A stretch of 64,000 nt of DNA from Spirochaetota bacterium (GTDB lineage Bacteria; Spirochaetota; UBA6919; CBDBPB01). Below the pieces are notes generated by a model. It saw only the letters and a list, made by a program, of their open reading frames with translations. It had not been told where the DNA came from and ran no database searches. Shown piece by piece: positions 41,498-51,989 of the stretch; position 1 is the stretch's first letter; every line of letters starts with the position of its first letter. Where the stretch lies: positions 320,001-384,000 of the forward strand of contig CBDBPB010000004.1 of the NCBI GenBank assembly GCA_965208615.1, written 5' to 3'. The position numbers were made by a program, and so were the translations under genes.

Positions 41498-41626
41498 TAT
41501 GGCACTCTTATGCGAAAAGTTATATATTATTTAACAGTTATACATAAGCAGGATTACAAAAGCTAATATAGTTAGTAAAAAGAGTATAAATAATCCCTTT
41601 CAATTTTTAAATTTATATACGACTTA

Positions 41627-41800
41627 TTAGGCCTCTTTGCCTTTAGCAAGCTTCTTAGCGGCTTCACTCCTAGCCCTATTCTCTTGATCCTTTTTAATAT
41701 TAAATAATTTTTTTTGTCGTTTTAGCTTTTTCCTAAGCCGTCGTTTTCGTTGAACTTCAAGCATTATTAGCTTTTCATTATATTTCTTTCTATTAGACAT
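41627..41800 (-). CDS. Small basic protein (57 aa; not in ORF track)
   Basis: MSNRKKYNEKLIMLEVQRKRRLRKKLKRQKK...; GAGG RBS. Confidence 0.6.
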   Translation of the reverse strand: MSNRKKYNEKLIMLEVQRKRRLRKKLKRQKKLFNIKKDQENRARSEAAKKLAKGKEA

Positions 41801-41881
41801 AATTAACCTCTATCTATTTTGTATTATTATAGATTTTAGTAATAAAATTAAAGGTTTTCTATTATGTAGTTAACTATTATA

Positions 41882-42145
41882 CTAAGAGTTAGCCACATTT
41901 GGACATGAAGATCCACTACCGCATACGCCATTACTACAAGTATTAGGTTCTTTATTCTTAGAGTTTTTATAGTCCGTTGTATAAAACCCAGAACCTTTAT
42001 ATATTACGCCCATACCTCCACTTATTAATTTAATTACTTCTTCCTTATTGCATTGTGGGCATTCTTTAATGGCCTCAGCAGTTATAGACTGAAAAACCTC
42101 AAATTTATATTCGCAACTATTACATTTATATTCATAAGTAGGCAT
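41882..42145 (-). CDS. FmdB-family zinc ribbon protein
   Basis: MPTYEYKCNSC...CPQC...YKGSGFYTTDY. Confidence 0.93.
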   Translation of the reverse strand: MPTYEYKCNSCEYKFEVFQSITAEAIKECPQCNKEEVIKLISGGMGVIYKGSGFYTTDYKNSKNKEPNTCSNGVCGSGSSCPNVANS

Positions 42146-42391
42146 TTTTCCTCCAGTTAATCAATCAACTAGTTAATGAAATTTAATTTCTAAGATAACT
42201 AATTGTTCGAGTTAAGTCAATTGATTAATAACAACGATTTTTTAATAATTTGCTAATTAAGAAGTTATATATAATTTAATATTAAATAGTTCTTGATTAA
42301 TCTCAAAAATCGACGATCTTGTTGTTAATTAATAAAAATAGCATTATATTTTTGATAAAATAAATAGTTTTTAGAGGAGTATTAATATTAA

Positions 42392-43501
42392 ATGGCTAAA
42401 AATAGAGGTTTAACTACTTCTAAAAAGGATAGAAGAATAGAAAGCAAAGGTCTAATCAAGTCAACTTTGCCAGAAAAGATTGTTCTAAAGCCTCTGAAAG
42501 AAGATACTGCTTTAAACGGAATTCAAAAAGTCGCTGCACTTCTTATAGCTTTAGGATCCGATGTTGCAGGGTTTGTTTTACAGCACTTGGATGAGGATGA
42601 AATACATTTAATTTCTAAGGAAATTGTTAATATTAAGAAAGTTAGCCCTAAACTAAAAAAGTCAATTATTAAAGAATTCAAAGAACTTGTTGACTCCGAA
42701 CAGTTTATTGTAAAAGGGGGAATAAATACTGCTAAAAACTTTATTCTAAAAGTTTTCGATAAGGAAAAGGCTGATAAACTTATTGTTGATATTAACAATA
42801 AAATAAATAAAAAACCATTCCAATTCCTTAATAAGGTGGAACCTGAAGAAATCTTTAGACTATTATGTAATGAACATCCACAAACTATTGCTTTTACACT
42901 ATCTTATCTATCGCCAAAAGTTAGCTATAGAGTATTAGAAGAGCTACCTCATAATATTAAGGTTTCGGTAGTAAAACGAATAGCAACATTAGAAGAGCCT
43001 ATTTCTCTTGTAATTAATGAAACTGAAAAGGTATTATCTAAAAAACTGTCCACACGGTCTGCTTATATACCAAAGGTAAATGGTGTAAATACTATCGTGG
43101 AGATATTAAATAAGTTGGATAGAGGTCTTGAAAAGGATATTCTAAATGCAATAGAAGAAGAAAGTGATGACTTGGCAGAAGAAATTAAAGAAAAAATGTT
43201 TTTATTTAAAGATATTAAGTGGCTAACAAATAAAGAAATTAGAATAGCTTTTGAGCTTGTTAACAACAAAGACTTGGCTATGGCCTTAAAAGGTGAAAGC
43301 CAATATATTAAAAATCTTATATTATCTAGTATATCAGCAAATAGAAAAAAACTAATTGAACAAGAAATAGTACTCCTTGGCGGGGTAAGGTATAGAGATG
43401 TTTACTCGGCTCAAAAAAAGATTATTAATCTTCTGAAATTACTGGATAGCCAGGGTAAGATTATTTTAAGGTATTCAACTTCTTCTGATATTATAGCTTA
43501 G
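42392..43501 (+). CDS. fliG: Flagellar motor switch protein FliG (stand-alone copy)
   Basis: KVAALLIALG, GG, PFQFL, EHPQTIA, MFLFKD, ALKG, AQKKII. Confidence 0.9.
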   Translation: MAKNRGLTTSKKDRRIESKGLIKSTLPEKIVLKPLKEDTALNGIQKVAALLIALGSDVAGFVLQHLDEDEIHLISKEIVNIKKVSPKLKKSIIKEFKELVDSEQFIVKGGINTAKNFILKVFDKEKADKLIVDINNKINKKPFQFLNKVEPEEIFRLLCNEHPQTIAFTLSYLSPKVSYRVLEELPHNIKVSVVKRIATLEEPISLVINETEKVLSKKLSTRSAYIPKVNGVNTIVEILNKLDRGLEKDILNAIEEESDDLAEEIKEKMFLFKDIKWLTNKEIRIAFELVNNKDLAMALKGESQYIKNLILSSISANRKKLIEQEIVLLGGVRYRDVYSAQKKIINLLKLLDSQGKIILRYSTSSDIIA

Positions 43502-43523
43502 TTATTATATAAATTGTAATTTA

Positions 43524-44351
43524 TTAATCTGATATAAGCTCATCAATTTTGACTATAGTTTCTTTAGCACCCTCAGCAAAGCTAAGATTTGGTTTATAAA
43601 TATAAGGATCCCTAATATTTACTCGTATAATAATACAATTCCCAAGTCTACCTGCAATTTGCTCTGACTGAGATCTAACAGATGGTATAGCAGTACCAGC
43701 CCCACATTCTATAATAACAACTTTTTTTTCATGTAGTCCAGAAAGCCAATCCATATAGTTATTAGACTGTATTGTCTGTCTTGAACTGTCCCATTCCCAG
43801 TCTCCAAACATTAGAATATTTGGTCTGGCAAGAGCATTACACTTAGGACAAAGGGGTAGAGGACTAATTGCTTTCATAGTATAGTGATCCACCTCTATTT
43901 TATATTTACTGCTATTAAATACTTTCTGAGAACAATTAGCACTGCACTGCATATAGTGAATAGATCCATGAATTTCAATAATCCTATTGTTAGAAAAACC
44001 AGCCTTTTGAAATTGTCCATCTACATTGGATGTAAAAACAAAATATTTGTCAGATAGCCTATTCCCCCACTTTAAAAGTATATCAAAGCCAATATGAGGT
44101 TTTGTTTGCTTATATAGATTCAACCTGTGACCATAAAACCCCCATGCAAACTCTGGATCACTATAAAACCAACTAGGATTAGCCATATCAGTAAATCCTA
44201 ATCCCTTTTCAGCATAGGCAGGATAAGCCTTCCAAAATCCTTGTTTACCTCTAAAGTCTGGCAAGCCTGAGTCAACACCCATCCCAGCTCCTGCAGTAAT
44301 TAATAATGCATCTGCTTGATTTATTAGCTTAGCGGCTTGTTTATAATGCAC
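43524..44351 (-). CDS. Sir2-family NAD-dependent deacylase
   Basis: AGAGMGVDSGLPDFRG, TSNVD, HGS, CxxxC/CxxC, RPNILMFGD. Confidence 0.93.
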   Translation of the reverse strand: MHYKQAAKLINQADALLITAGAGMGVDSGLPDFRGKQGFWKAYPAYAEKGLGFTDMANPSWFYSDPEFAWGFYGHRLNLYKQTKPHIGFDILLKWGNRLSDKYFVFTSNVDGQFQKAGFSNNRIIEIHGSIHYMQCSANCSQKVFNSSKYKIEVDHYTMKAISPLPLCPKCNALARPNILMFGDWEWDSSRQTIQSNNYMDWLSGLHEKKVVIIECGAGTAIPSVRSQSEQIAGRLGNCIIIRVNIRDPYIYKPNLSFAEGAKETIVKIDELISD

Positions 44352-44612
44352 TTAATACTCCATTAACTATTTGTTATCATTAAATGTGGTTTATTATATT
44401 TATTAGAACGTTTGCTAACAATAAATCTATACTACTCAAATTAATAAAAAAGTGAAGCTTAAAATCCTTTTTTTTAAAATTGTTATCCATAATAAGTTAT
44501 TATATTAAAATATTACCCTATAAAATAAAAAATATAAAAATTAGCATGTTTCTTAAAGGCATTATTATATTTGAGTATCATTTAAAAAAATAATATTTGT
44601 TATGGTACGCTT

Positions 44613-45482
44613 ATGACCAGTATGACAGGTTATAGTTATATTGAAGAACTTTATGATGACATCCGCCTATCAGTGGAGATTAAATCACTAAATAATAGAT
44701 TCTTGGATATTAACATAGAAGCACCCTACTTTTTAACTCCATACGAACTGGAAATTAAAAAAATATTATCCGCTAAACTAAAAAGAGGTAAGATTGTTCT
44801 TAAGATTTATGTTAAAGAAAAAAACCCCAATGTGGATATTGAACTCGACCTTAACCTTGCTAAAAAATACTTGGACTACTTTAATAATATTATAAACGAG
44901 CTTAAGCTTCCTAATAACATTTCCCTATCACATTTTCTTAACTTAAACGGACTAATTAAAACTAATACTATTCCAAATGCCAATGAGATCTGGAAAAAAA
45001 TAGAAAATACCTTAAATAAATCATTATTACTCCTTACTAAACAAAGAGATAAAGAAGGTGAAAACACTAAGAATAACATACTTAGTATAATAGAAAATCT
45101 TAAACAAAATATAGAACTTATTAAAACTTTTATCCCACTTACTCTAGAAGAAGTATCAAAAAAGCTAAAAAATAAGCTGGACAGTATATTAAAGGATTAT
45201 AGTTATGATGATGATAGAATATTGATTGAAGCAGGTATTATAGCTTCAAAAAGTGATATTAATGAAGAGATTCAAAGAATTGACTCCCATTTATCCCAGT
45301 TTATAGAAATATGTGAATATACTACTCCTGTTGGCAAAAAGCTTGACTTTATTACTCAGGAAATACTTAGAGAAGTTAATACAATTAGCTCAAAAAGCTA
45401 TAACTTAAAAATATCCAAACTTGTAATCAATAGTAAAAACGAAATAGAAAAAATTAAAGAACAGATCCGTAATATAGAATAG
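44613..45482 (+). CDS. yicC: YicC/YloC-family endoribonuclease
   Basis: SMTGY, EIKSLNNRFLD, DINEEIQR, GKKLDF..QE..RE.NT, EQIRNIE. Confidence 0.92.
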   Translation: MTSMTGYSYIEELYDDIRLSVEIKSLNNRFLDINIEAPYFLTPYELEIKKILSAKLKRGKIVLKIYVKEKNPNVDIELDLNLAKKYLDYFNNIINELKLPNNISLSHFLNLNGLIKTNTIPNANEIWKKIENTLNKSLLLLTKQRDKEGENTKNNILSIIENLKQNIELIKTFIPLTLEEVSKKLKNKLDSILKDYSYDDDRILIEAGIIASKSDINEEIQRIDSHLSQFIEICEYTTPVGKKLDFITQEILREVNTISSKSYNLKISKLVINSKNEIEKIKEQIRNIE

Positions 45483-45564
45483 CCTATAATTATAAACCAT
45501 CCACCTAGTTGTCATAAGTTTAAAAGATGATTAACTTACTTATAAAATATTAAGTAAGGTATAA

Positions 45565-46467
45565 ATGAAAACTAAAGTTATTTTACTATTTGGTCCTACC
45601 GGTATTAGTAAAAGTTCCACTGCCATAAAACTGGCGTATAAACAAGGTGAAATTATAAGTGCTGACTCTATGCAAGTCTATAGAAAAATGAATATCGGAA
45701 CCGCTAAAGTCAATAAAGATGAACAAAAAAAAGTCCGCCATCACCTTATTGATATAGTTGATCCAGATTCTTATTTCTCCGCTCATCATTTCTATAAAAA
45801 AGCATTTAAACTTATAAATAGTATATCTAAGGTCCCATTTATAGTCGGCGGAACAGGACTATATTTTAAGGTGCTTATTCAAGGTGGATTGATAGAAGGG
45901 CTAAACAGGGATAATTCTATAAGAAAAGCTTTAGAAAAAACTTATGCCAACAAAGGCTCTGAATATCTATATAATCGTTTGAAAAAGGTCGACCTTAATA
46001 CTGCTATTAAAATATCTAAAAATGATAAAAAACGTATAATAAGATCACTAGAGGTATATGAGCTTACAGGTAAGCCTATATCTGAGTTATTGAGCCTTCA
46101 AAAGAAAACTGAACCTTTTAACTTTTTGAAGATTGGACTAACTATGACTAGAGATAAACTGTATGAAAAAATTAATATCCGGTGTGAAAACATGATAAAA
46201 AATGGACTTATAAACGAAGTTAAAACCTTAAAAGATTATGGATATCCCCCTAACCTCATCTCTATGCAGGCTATTGGCTATAAGCATGCTTATAAATACC
46301 TTGATGGAGAGCTTGAATACGATGAAATGATAGGCCTTTTTAAACGCGATACAAGACGTTTTGCAAAAAGACAGTTCACCCTGTTTAGTAAATTTGAAAA
46401 TGTAAACTGGTTTCATCCTGATCAGCTGGATGATATAGACAATCTTATAAAAGTATTTTTAAAATAG
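45565..46467 (+). CDS. miaA: tRNA dimethylallyltransferase
   Basis: GPTGISKS, DSMQVY, IGTAK, VGGTGLY, QAIGYK, AKRQ. Confidence 0.95.
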   Translation: MKTKVILLFGPTGISKSSTAIKLAYKQGEIISADSMQVYRKMNIGTAKVNKDEQKKVRHHLIDIVDPDSYFSAHHFYKKAFKLINSISKVPFIVGGTGLYFKVLIQGGLIEGLNRDNSIRKALEKTYANKGSEYLYNRLKKVDLNTAIKISKNDKKRIIRSLEVYELTGKPISELLSLQKKTEPFNFLKIGLTMTRDKLYEKINIRCENMIKNGLINEVKTLKDYGYPPNLISMQAIGYKHAYKYLDGELEYDEMIGLFKRDTRRFAKRQFTLFSKFENVNWFHPDQLDDIDNLIKVFLK

Positions 46468-46526
46468 CTTTAAGCTTTTCATTTGTACTTTATCTTATAA
46501 AACATGGTTAAATACCAAAAAGCTCT

Positions 46527-47621
46527 ATGGAGGATAGATTAATGACTGCGGGATTGATTTTAGCTGGCGGCTATGGAGAAAAACTATGGCCCATGAGTAA
46601 ACTTGATAAACCTATGCAGTTCCATAAGATTTATAGTAATCGTTCAATGTTAAGGGAAACTTTCATAAGACTAAATTATTTTTTATCAGCCAATAATATC
46701 TTTGTTGTGACCAATGAAAGATATATTGATCAGATATACAATGAACTTCCTGAAATAAATAAAGAAAATTATATTTTTGAGCCTTCATCCAAAGGTACTG
46801 CTACAGCTATTGCATTAAGCTCTATTATCCTTGAAAAAAAATATCCAGGACTATCAATAATAGTATGTCCATCCAATAATATTATCACCAGTCTGCCTGC
46901 ATTTAAAAATGATATAGAAAATGCAATTAGAATCGCTGATCACAGCTATTGTCTAGTTACATTTGGTATCAAGCCTACTAAAACAGATACTTCCTACGAA
47001 TACATTAAAATAGGTGATAGAATATATGACGAAAACGGATATCAGGCTTATGAGGTAAAAAAGTTTGTTATAGAACCCACTTATAAAGACGTCATAAACT
47101 TTATTGACAACAAAGACTTTTTATGGAATACTAAAATCTTTATTTCTAAGGCACAAGTATTTTTAGAAGAAATCTCTAAGTTTATGCCAAATCTATATAG
47201 TGCTATGCTCGAAATTGAAAGCTATTCTGGAAAGATTAATGAATCAAAGGTTAAAAATGAAATATACTCTAAATTAAATAACATATCTATTGAGGCAGGT
47301 ATATTTCAAAAAACTAAAAATCTACTATGTATAAAACCTAACTTCCATTGGGATACTATAAATTCATGGACTTCTTTATCCAAAGCTCTTAGCAGTGATG
47401 ATCAAAATAACATACACTCAGGGCAGGTTATAAACATTGATACAAGTAATTCTATAATTTTAGGTGATAAACATACTCTAATTGGTGCTATTGGTATTAA
47501 GGATATTATAGCTATTAAGGTTGGTGATGCTCTTCTTTTATGTAACAAGGATAATGATAGTAGATTAAAGGAGCTTATTGATAAAATTAAAAAAGATAAA
47601 TCATTAGACAGCTTTTTATAA
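46527..47621 (+). CDS. Mannose-1-phosphate guanylyltransferase paralogue with degenerate active site
   Basis: Full-length ManC scaffold, but PMQF, PSNN, FVIEP, WNTK, SIEAG and WDTINSW replace catalytic motifs. Confidence 0.8.
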   Translation: MEDRLMTAGLILAGGYGEKLWPMSKLDKPMQFHKIYSNRSMLRETFIRLNYFLSANNIFVVTNERYIDQIYNELPEINKENYIFEPSSKGTATAIALSSIILEKKYPGLSIIVCPSNNIITSLPAFKNDIENAIRIADHSYCLVTFGIKPTKTDTSYEYIKIGDRIYDENGYQAYEVKKFVIEPTYKDVINFIDNKDFLWNTKIFISKAQVFLEEISKFMPNLYSAMLEIESYSGKINESKVKNEIYSKLNNISIEAGIFQKTKNLLCIKPNFHWDTINSWTSLSKALSSDDQNNIHSGQVINIDTSNSIILGDKHTLIGAIGIKDIIAIKVGDALLLCNKDNDSRLKELIDKIKKDKSLDSFL

Positions 47622-47821
47622 TAATTTATTTACGCTGGATCTGTTATTATATCTTATTAATTTAACTTTTTATGCTTGATACTTGATAAGTATTATTTAA
47701 TATGTTATATTAACCACTTTAAAATAAATAATCATGTTATACTTTTTTTAAAAAAAAACAATATACTAAAACTAATAAAAATATTTATTTTATATAATAC
47801 TATATAAAAAAAGGAGAATAC

Positions 47822-47917
47822 ATGCCATCTGGAAAAAAGCGTAGGCGAGCTAAAATCTCAAAACACAAAAGAAAGAAAAAGAGACGAGCAAATCGCCATA
47901 AAAAGAAGTTGAAGTAG
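47822..47917 (+). CDS. AURKAIP1/COX24-domain small basic protein (bS22/mS38-like; not in ORF track)
   Basis: MPSGKKRRRAKISKHKRKKKRRANRHKKKLK; AAGGAG RBS. Confidence 0.88.
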   Translation: MPSGKKRRRAKISKHKRKKKRRANRHKKKLK

Positions 47918-47936
47918 TTTCTAATAGATTTAAACG

Positions 47937-48000
47937 GTTTAAAGTTCATTTATCCTTTAGGTATTCTAAAAAACCTTAAGAATAAGTGAATGCTTTAAAC
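47937..48000 (+). terminator. Long hairpin after the small basic protein gene
   Basis: GTTTAAAG-TTCATTTAT..AGGT / ACCT..ATAAGTGAA..CTTTAAAC; no clear U tract. Confidence 0.45.
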
Positions 48001-48029
48001 ATATTCCTATAGCAGCTTTAGAGGAAGTA

Positions 48030-49184
48030 ATGATTTCTAAACAAGCTAGTAATACTAAGCCATTTACCGTTATGGATATATTAGAACATGCTCAGGAGTT
48101 AGAAAGACAAGGGCATAATGTTATACACTTGGAAATAGGAGAACCTAATTTTAAAACTCCTAAACCTATTATTGATGCTAGTATTAACGCTATTAAAGCT
48201 GGGAAAACTACATATACACATAGTCTTGGTCTAATCGAGCTAAGAGAAGCAATTACCGAACACTATTATAACAAATATAAAATTAATATTTCCCCTGATC
48301 AGGTCTTAGTTTCATCTGGTACATCACCTGCGATGCTTATCCTATTCCAGACTATCCTTGAAAAGGATGATGAGTTTATTATCTCTAATCCATATTATCC
48401 CTGTTATCCTAATTTTGTTATTGGCGTTGGCGCTAAGGCTGTACTGGTTGACGTTTTAGAAGATGAAGGCTTTCAGTTCAACATTAATAATCTAAAACAA
48501 AATATCTCCCCTAAAACAAAGGGTATCCTTATAAACTCTCCTGGTAATCCTACTGGAGCAATATATAAAAAAAAAAGATTGGAAGAAATTAGCAATATTA
48601 ACTTTCCGTATATAGTATCTGATGAGGTTTATCACGGACTCTCATATGATAATAACAAAGAACATACTATGCTTGAGTTTGCTAATAATGCTATAATAAT
48701 AAACGGCTTTTCTAAGCTATATGCAATGACTGGTTGGAGACTAGGATATGTAATTGTACCCAAAGATCTTATACGTCCATTACAAAGACTCCAACAGAAT
48801 TATTTTATATCGGCTAATAGTTTTGTCCAATGGGCTGGAATAGCGGCTCTTAAAGAAACTTCTAACAATATTAGCTCTATGAAAAAAGAATATAATGAAC
48901 GTAGAATATATATGATAAATAGGCTAAGATCAATGGGATTCATTATTAAGCATGAGCCTAAAGGTGCATTTTATGTTTTTGTTAATGCGAGGCATATTAA
49001 TCCTGATTCTAAAAGTTTAGCTTTTTCTATATTAAACAAGGTATACCTTGGAGTTGCCCCTGGTATTGACTTTGGTAAAAATGCTGAAGGCTATTTAAGA
49101 TTTTCTTATGCTGGCTCACTAGAAAATATAAAGATTGGGCTTAATAGACTAGAGAAGTTTATTAAAAAGCATACCACTAACTAA
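48030..49184 (+). CDS. Class I/II PLP-dependent aminotransferase
   Basis: GEPNF, NSPGNPTG, SDEVY, GFSKLYAMTGWRLG, RFSYA. Confidence 0.93.
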   Translation: MISKQASNTKPFTVMDILEHAQELERQGHNVIHLEIGEPNFKTPKPIIDASINAIKAGKTTYTHSLGLIELREAITEHYYNKYKINISPDQVLVSSGTSPAMLILFQTILEKDDEFIISNPYYPCYPNFVIGVGAKAVLVDVLEDEGFQFNINNLKQNISPKTKGILINSPGNPTGAIYKKKRLEEISNINFPYIVSDEVYHGLSYDNNKEHTMLEFANNAIIINGFSKLYAMTGWRLGYVIVPKDLIRPLQRLQQNYFISANSFVQWAGIAALKETSNNISSMKKEYNERRIYMINRLRSMGFIIKHEPKGAFYVFVNARHINPDSKSLAFSILNKVYLGVAPGIDFGKNAEGYLRFSYAGSLENIKIGLNRLEKFIKKHTTN

Positions 49185-49424
49185 TTATAATTTAAATCTT
49201 TTTATAACTATTAAAATTAAAGTAATATATTGCTAAAAGTTACTTATAAAAAAGCTAGCTTAGGGTTTATATAATAAAATATGTTAAAAAATATTAACTA
49301 ATTTTTATAGAGTTTTTTTTACATAACTACCTTTATAATTTATTATTATTTACCTTAAAGGTAATTCTAACAATATATATATTAATATTATTAACAATTA
49401 AACTATTTTACTGGTGGCAAAAAC

Positions 49425-51980
49425 ATGAAAACAATTAAAACATTTAAAGTTAGTCCTTCTATCCCTAAACGTCTTCAGCCTCTTTTAAAGATTGCATATA
49501 ATCTTTGGTGGACATGGAATCCTCAGGCAATGGACCTACTAAGACAGATAGATGTTATATTATGGACTAAATATAATCATAACCCCATTCAGCTATTACA
49601 CTCTATATCTCAAGATAAGTTTAAAGAATTAGAGGAATCTGAGAGTTTTTGTTCTAATATGGATATGGTAGAGGTTGAGCTTGATAGTTATCTACTAAGA
49701 CATTCAACTTGGTTTAGCAAAACTAATAATTCAAAAAGTGATTTTAAGATAGCCTATTTTTCTGCTGAGTTTGGTCTTCATGAGTGTCTGCCAATATATT
49801 CAGGGGGACTTGGCGTTTTAGCTGGAGATCATTTAAAATCTTCGGATGAAATTGGACTACCTCTTATTGGAGTAGGCTTATGTTATAGACAAGGATATTT
49901 TCACCAATTACTTAATGCTGATGGATGGCAACAAGAATTCTTTCCTGAAAATGATTTCCATAGTATGTCGTTAAAGCCAGTTAATGATGATAATAATAAT
50001 CCTATTCTTATTGATGTTGATTTCCCTGGTAGAAAAGTATATGCTAAAATATGGGAGGTTAATATTGGTAATATATCGCTATTTTTACTTGATAGCAATG
50101 TTGACGCTAACTCTCATGAGGATAGAGAAATAACTGCGAGGTTATACGGCGGAAACGAAGAAACCAGAATCAAACAGGAAATTATATTGGGTATTGGAGG
50201 TGCTAAATTTCTAAAGATTATGAAATTTAATATTACCGTATTCCACATGAATGAGGGACACTCTGCATTTCTTGCTGTAGAACGTATTAAACAGGTTATG
50301 AATGAATATTCTCTAACTTTTAATGAGGCAAAAGAACTTGTTTCTGCTACTAATGTTTTTACTACTCACACACCTGTTCCAGCTGGATTAGATAGATTTG
50401 CTCCTCAACTAATAGATAAGTTTTTTTCTAATTACTACGGTAGTCTTGGAATATCCCGTGATGCCTTTTTAGCATTAGGTAGGTCTAATATTCACGATCA
50501 TAATGAACCTTTTAGTATGGCGATTTTAGCCTTATCTCTTTCTTATATGGTTAACGGTGTTAGCAAGCTCCATAGAGAAGTCTCAAAAAGAATGTGGAAT
50601 AAGCTTTGGCCTGATGTACCCTTTAAAGAAATTCCCATAAGCTCTGTCACAAACGGAATACACCTTAGATCATGGTTATCTGATGAAATATCAAGGCTAT
50701 ATGATAGATATCTGGGTAGAAGATGGTATGAGAATACTCTAAACTCTGAGATGTGGAATAGAGTTATTGATATTCCAGATACTGAGTTATGGCGTAGTCA
50801 GGTTAGGTTAAAAGATCGATTAATATCATTTGCCAGATTTAAATTAAAATCCAAATTAAAGCGTGTTGGCGCCCCACAGTTTGAGATTAACAGGGCTGAT
50901 GAGGTTTTGGATCCAGAAGCTTTAACTATTTGTTTTGCAAGACGATTTGCCACTTATAAGCGTGCTATCCTTATTTTGAAAGATAAAAATCGACTAAGTA
51001 ATATATTGAATAATAAAAAGCATCCTGTTCAACTTATATTCTCTGGTAAGGCACATCCACATGATAACGAAGGAAAGGAATTTATTAGACAACTAATACA
51101 CCTAACCAGAGATGAGCGTTTTAGAACAAGGATTATGTTTATTGAAGATTATGATATGAATATTGCTAGATATATGGTTCAGGGTGCTGATATTTGGCTT
51201 AATACTCCAAGAAGGCCTTTAGAAGCCAGTGGAACAAGTGGTATGAAAGCCGCTATTAATGGTGTCCTTAATTTGAGTATCCTTGATGGATGGTGGTGCG
51301 AGGCATATAATTCTGCTAATGGATGGGCTATTGGTGGTGGGGAGGTATATGATGATAATAATTACCAAGATGACGTTGAAGGTAATGCTCTATACGATCT
51401 TCTGGAATATGAAATTATACCGACTTATTATAGACGCGGTCCTGAGGGGATATCAAGAACTTGGATAGCTAAAATGAAGGAATCTATTAAATCTATTACT
51501 CCGGTTTTTAACACTAATAGAATGGTTAGTGAATATGCCAAAGAGCTTTATTTCAACACTAATAATAATTACTTGCAATTCACCCAAGATAATATGGATA
51601 CCCTTAAGAAGTTTGCTATATGGAAGGATAACGTAATAAAATTGTGGTCTGGAATAAAAGTAGGGTCTATAGACTACAAACAACAAAAAAACTTTATTGT
51701 AGGAGAAGAAATAGAAATTACTGCAAAAGTTGAATTAGGAAAGTTATTTCCTAAGGATGTATCTGTTGAGTTATATTATGGTCCCCTTGATGGAAAAGGA
51801 AATATTGATAGTGGAAATACGCTAACAATGCATCATAAAGGAGAGGAAAATGAACTTTTCCGTTATTGCGGTAATATAAAGTGTATTCAATCTGGTCAAT
51901 ATGGTTTTAGTGTTAGAGTATTACCATACCATAAAGATCTTGTTAATAAGTTTAATCCTCACCTTATAAAATGGGGATAA
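49425..51980 (+). CDS. glgP: Alpha-glucan (glycogen) phosphorylase
   Basis: YSGGLGVLAGDHLKS, HMNEGH, FARRFATYKR, EASGTSGMK. Confidence 0.96.
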   Translation: MKTIKTFKVSPSIPKRLQPLLKIAYNLWWTWNPQAMDLLRQIDVILWTKYNHNPIQLLHSISQDKFKELEESESFCSNMDMVEVELDSYLLRHSTWFSKTNNSKSDFKIAYFSAEFGLHECLPIYSGGLGVLAGDHLKSSDEIGLPLIGVGLCYRQGYFHQLLNADGWQQEFFPENDFHSMSLKPVNDDNNNPILIDVDFPGRKVYAKIWEVNIGNISLFLLDSNVDANSHEDREITARLYGGNEETRIKQEIILGIGGAKFLKIMKFNITVFHMNEGHSAFLAVERIKQVMNEYSLTFNEAKELVSATNVFTTHTPVPAGLDRFAPQLIDKFFSNYYGSLGISRDAFLALGRSNIHDHNEPFSMAILALSLSYMVNGVSKLHREVSKRMWNKLWPDVPFKEIPISSVTNGIHLRSWLSDEISRLYDRYLGRRWYENTLNSEMWNRVIDIPDTELWRSQVRLKDRLISFARFKLKSKLKRVGAPQFEINRADEVLDPEALTICFARRFATYKRAILILKDKNRLSNILNNKKHPVQLIFSGKAHPHDNEGKEFIRQLIHLTRDERFRTRIMFIEDYDMNIARYMVQGADIWLNTPRRPLEASGTSGMKAAINGVLNLSILDGWWCEAYNSANGWAIGGGEVYDDNNYQDDVEGNALYDLLEYEIIPTYYRRGPEGISRTWIAKMKESIKSITPVFNTNRMVSEYAKELYFNTNNNYLQFTQDNMDTLKKFAIWKDNVIKLWSGIKVGSIDYKQQKNFIVGEEIEITAKVELGKLFPKDVSVELYYGPLDGKGNIDSGNTLTMHHKGEENELFRYCGNIKCIQSGQYGFSVRVLPYHKDLVNKFNPHLIKWG

Positions 51981-51989
51981 AAAGTTATC

